A DNA stretch of 63,912 nucleotides, the filler included, from Folioceros fuciformis (taxonomy: Eukaryota), in the NCBI GenBank assembly GCA_049999805.1. It is 13 parts of 13 records of this genome, joined end to end, with 100 filler letters (N's around TTAATTAATTAA, not from the genome) between each part and the next. Parts side by side here need not be neighbours in the genome. Positions count along the whole stretch, not along the records: positions 62,128 to 63,912 come from JBNGIO010001699.1; 12 more parts are not named here. The stretch is one strand, 5' to 3'. The notes beneath the pieces were generated by a model. It was not told where the DNA came from. It saw only the letters and a program-made list of their open reading frames with translations, and made no database searches. Positions within the stretch are counted from its first letter, which is position 1. Each line of letters begins with the position of its first letter. A program made the translations under genes and the position numbers. Positions 62,028-63,912 of the stretch are shown one piece after another.

Positions 62028-62199
62028 NNNNNNNNNNNNNNNNNNNNNNNNNNNNNNNNNNNNNNNNNNNNTTAATTAATTAANNNNNNNNNNNNNNNNN
62101 NNNNNNNNNNNNNNNNNNNNNNNNNNNGTTTCTGGCTGAACTTAAATGAGGTACATAGATTTATAACACATGGCAATAGTCACTCTCTTTTACCATGTG

Positions 62200-62838
62200 T
62201 CACTCTTCCTCTTCCTCATCATCTTGCTTCTTTTTCTTTTTCTTCTTGTCAGGGGATGGTATAGGTTTCTTCTTAGGAAGTAGAGGGGGTGGAGGAATTT
62301 TAGATGGGTCTAACCAAGATATTTCCTCATTGGGCAAAGCAATTGCACCAAAAGCAGTATCTTGTAGAAGATCATCTTTTTTCAAGTCAGCTATCATATA
62401 TCTTTGGTATTGGAAAATCTCATTCAATCTCATTGTTTCTTTAGCACCCTCTAAAATTTCTATTTGCTCTGCCGAGCTAGACAACAATGTTTTACAGTTA
62501 CCTTTCATTTGGAAGTGTGTTTGCCATACTTCATGCTCACCTATTTCTCGTGGGTTTTCATTTACTATATTTCTAGATGTGTACACATTGGCATGGTAAT
62601 ATGGTATTTTCAATTCTTTTCCACAATCTTTTGATGGACATGTATGCTTTATCTCTTGTTTGGTTTCATTATTTAGGTCTTGAGTAGCCAAGTATTTTAA
62701 AAAACAATGCGCATGACAAGGATGTTCACATCCTGAAAGTCTAATCCACATATAATTTTTAAGTAGTGTTAAGCATAATACACAAACTGTTTCATGTTCT
62801 TTGATTTCTTTCTTTGGAAACAAATGGACCAACTCCAT
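62200..62838 (-). CDS. Intronless RING-finger protein with Pro-rich, poly-Lys and acidic tail
   Basis: CVLC..GCEHPCHAHC..CPSKDC ligand pattern (RING-H2 or RBR-RING1-like); tail PPPPLLPKKKPIPSPDKKKKKKKQDDEEEEE. AT-rich. Confidence 0.6.
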   Translation of the reverse strand: MELVHLFPKKEIKEHETVCVLCLTLLKNYMWIRLSGCEHPCHAHCFLKYLATQDLNNETKQEIKHTCPSKDCGKELKIPYYHANVYTSRNIVNENPREIGEHEVWQTHFQMKGNCKTLLSSSAEQIEILEGAKETMRLNEIFQYQRYMIADLKKDDLLQDTAFGAIALPNEEISWLDPSKIPPPPLLPKKKPIPSPDKKKKKKKQDDEEEEE

Positions 62839-63054
62839 TATGAATCATGTATATTCTCTCCATGTATAAATGGTATGCTATCCTTAGTATTATCAATACA
62901 AATGGTTCACGTAATCTATTCCTTTCAGGGTGTTCTTCTTCCTACCCTAAAACCTTTTTTGTATTTAAATATTATTATATTTAATTCTTAAATCTATGTA
63001 TGAAAAAATATTTAAATTGATAGCTTTTATAAGCCTAAATTTTTCCTTGTTTAA

Positions 63055-63138
63055 ATGCTCTTTAAGAGGTTTCCTCTTTATTTTAAGGGTTTACAAGCCT
63101 AAACCCTTAAAATAAAGAGGGAACCTCTTAAAGAGCAT
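63055..63138. repeat. Near-perfect inverted repeat: 39-bp arms, 6-nt loop
   Basis: 63055-63093 versus 63100-63138, with one mismatch that is a G:U pair in + strand RNA. Confidence 0.92.
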
Positions 63139-63912
63139 CAGTCTTATTTACAAGCCTAATGGTGCCCTTCCCATATACATGGAGTGTGTGTGCTTCTTGC
63201 GGGCACCACTAGTCGTGGGGCCTCCCATAGACAACACTAAGAGGCCATAATGAATGTGTGCATATACTAATGAAATAAAAATGGTAAAGAGATCTATCTA
63301 TCATTTGGCTTTAATACACTTTGTTCAGTTAATACATTGTTGCAACAAAGCTTTGAAACTTTAACAACGAGGAGAGAAGAAGATGATGAATTTAAAGAAG
63401 AAGTATCGCCCATGTACGCACCACATCTAGCAATGGGTCTCACATGACAACAACATGCTACAGAAATGCAAATGTGGCCTATAGTGAAGAGGATGAAAAT
63501 GTTAAAAGAGGATCAAAAGAAACAAACAACAAATGACAAAGGAGTTACACATTAGCTATGATGGTTGCTTACCTTCAACAAAATAGTAGCAAACAATGAT
63601 GTTGTTACATTAAAGAGTTAGCATGGAGTAGCTGCACCTAGAGTAGCTATACTAGAATTCAACATCTATTTTTCCTTGACGATGGGTAAATACCCCTTGC
63701 ATCAACATGTTTGATCTAGAAATGATGGTGGAGCAAGCACAAAAGTAGGAAATGGAATGTCAAGAACATAGTGCACACACTACGATAAACGAAGGTGAAT
63801 ATGGAGGGCTAGAAGGAAAGGTAACTAGGAGCTTTGTAAGTACAAAATCAACGGACCAGTTGTATGGCGGCAGATCGAGGCGAAGAGAGGGTAGGGAAGC
63901 TATTGGGCACCG

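Overview
The window is not continuous DNA. It is 13 separate contigs joined by artificial 100-nt spacers (44 N + TTAATTAATTAA + 44 N), so gene order across spacers carries no meaning. The sequence is eukaryotic nuclear DNA from a land plant, probably a non-seed plant. That call is an inference from short GT-AG introns, GC-rich genes and land-plant families such as EDR2, DUF26/Gnk2 and the INT2/INT4-type inositol transporter. Host genes are a Tweety-like multi-pass membrane protein, a single-domain Gnk2/DUF26 protein, a STOP1/WIP/IDD-type C2H2 factor, an EDR2-like PH-START-DUF1336 protein, NAA35/MAK10, a TSP1-repeat type-I membrane protein, histone H4, an inositol transporter, isocitrate lyase and a RING-finger ORF. 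Mobile DNA comprises two related Ty1/Copia elements with open gag-pol frames, an LTR-like repeat family seen three times, decayed retroelement accessory ORFs and many minisatellites. Five observations stand out: (1) a canonical metazoan/algal-type histone 3' stem-loop after the H4 stop codon; (2) an extra coiled-coil ORF upstream of gag-pol in both Copia elements, with signs of splice-based or stop-start coupling, and a convergent spliced ORF next to Copia 1; (3) a TSP1-repeat membrane protein placed head-to-head with H4; (4) a Gnk2 domain with a 47-residue spacer in the C-X8-C-X2-C motif; (5) short Copia fragments captured between microhomologies.
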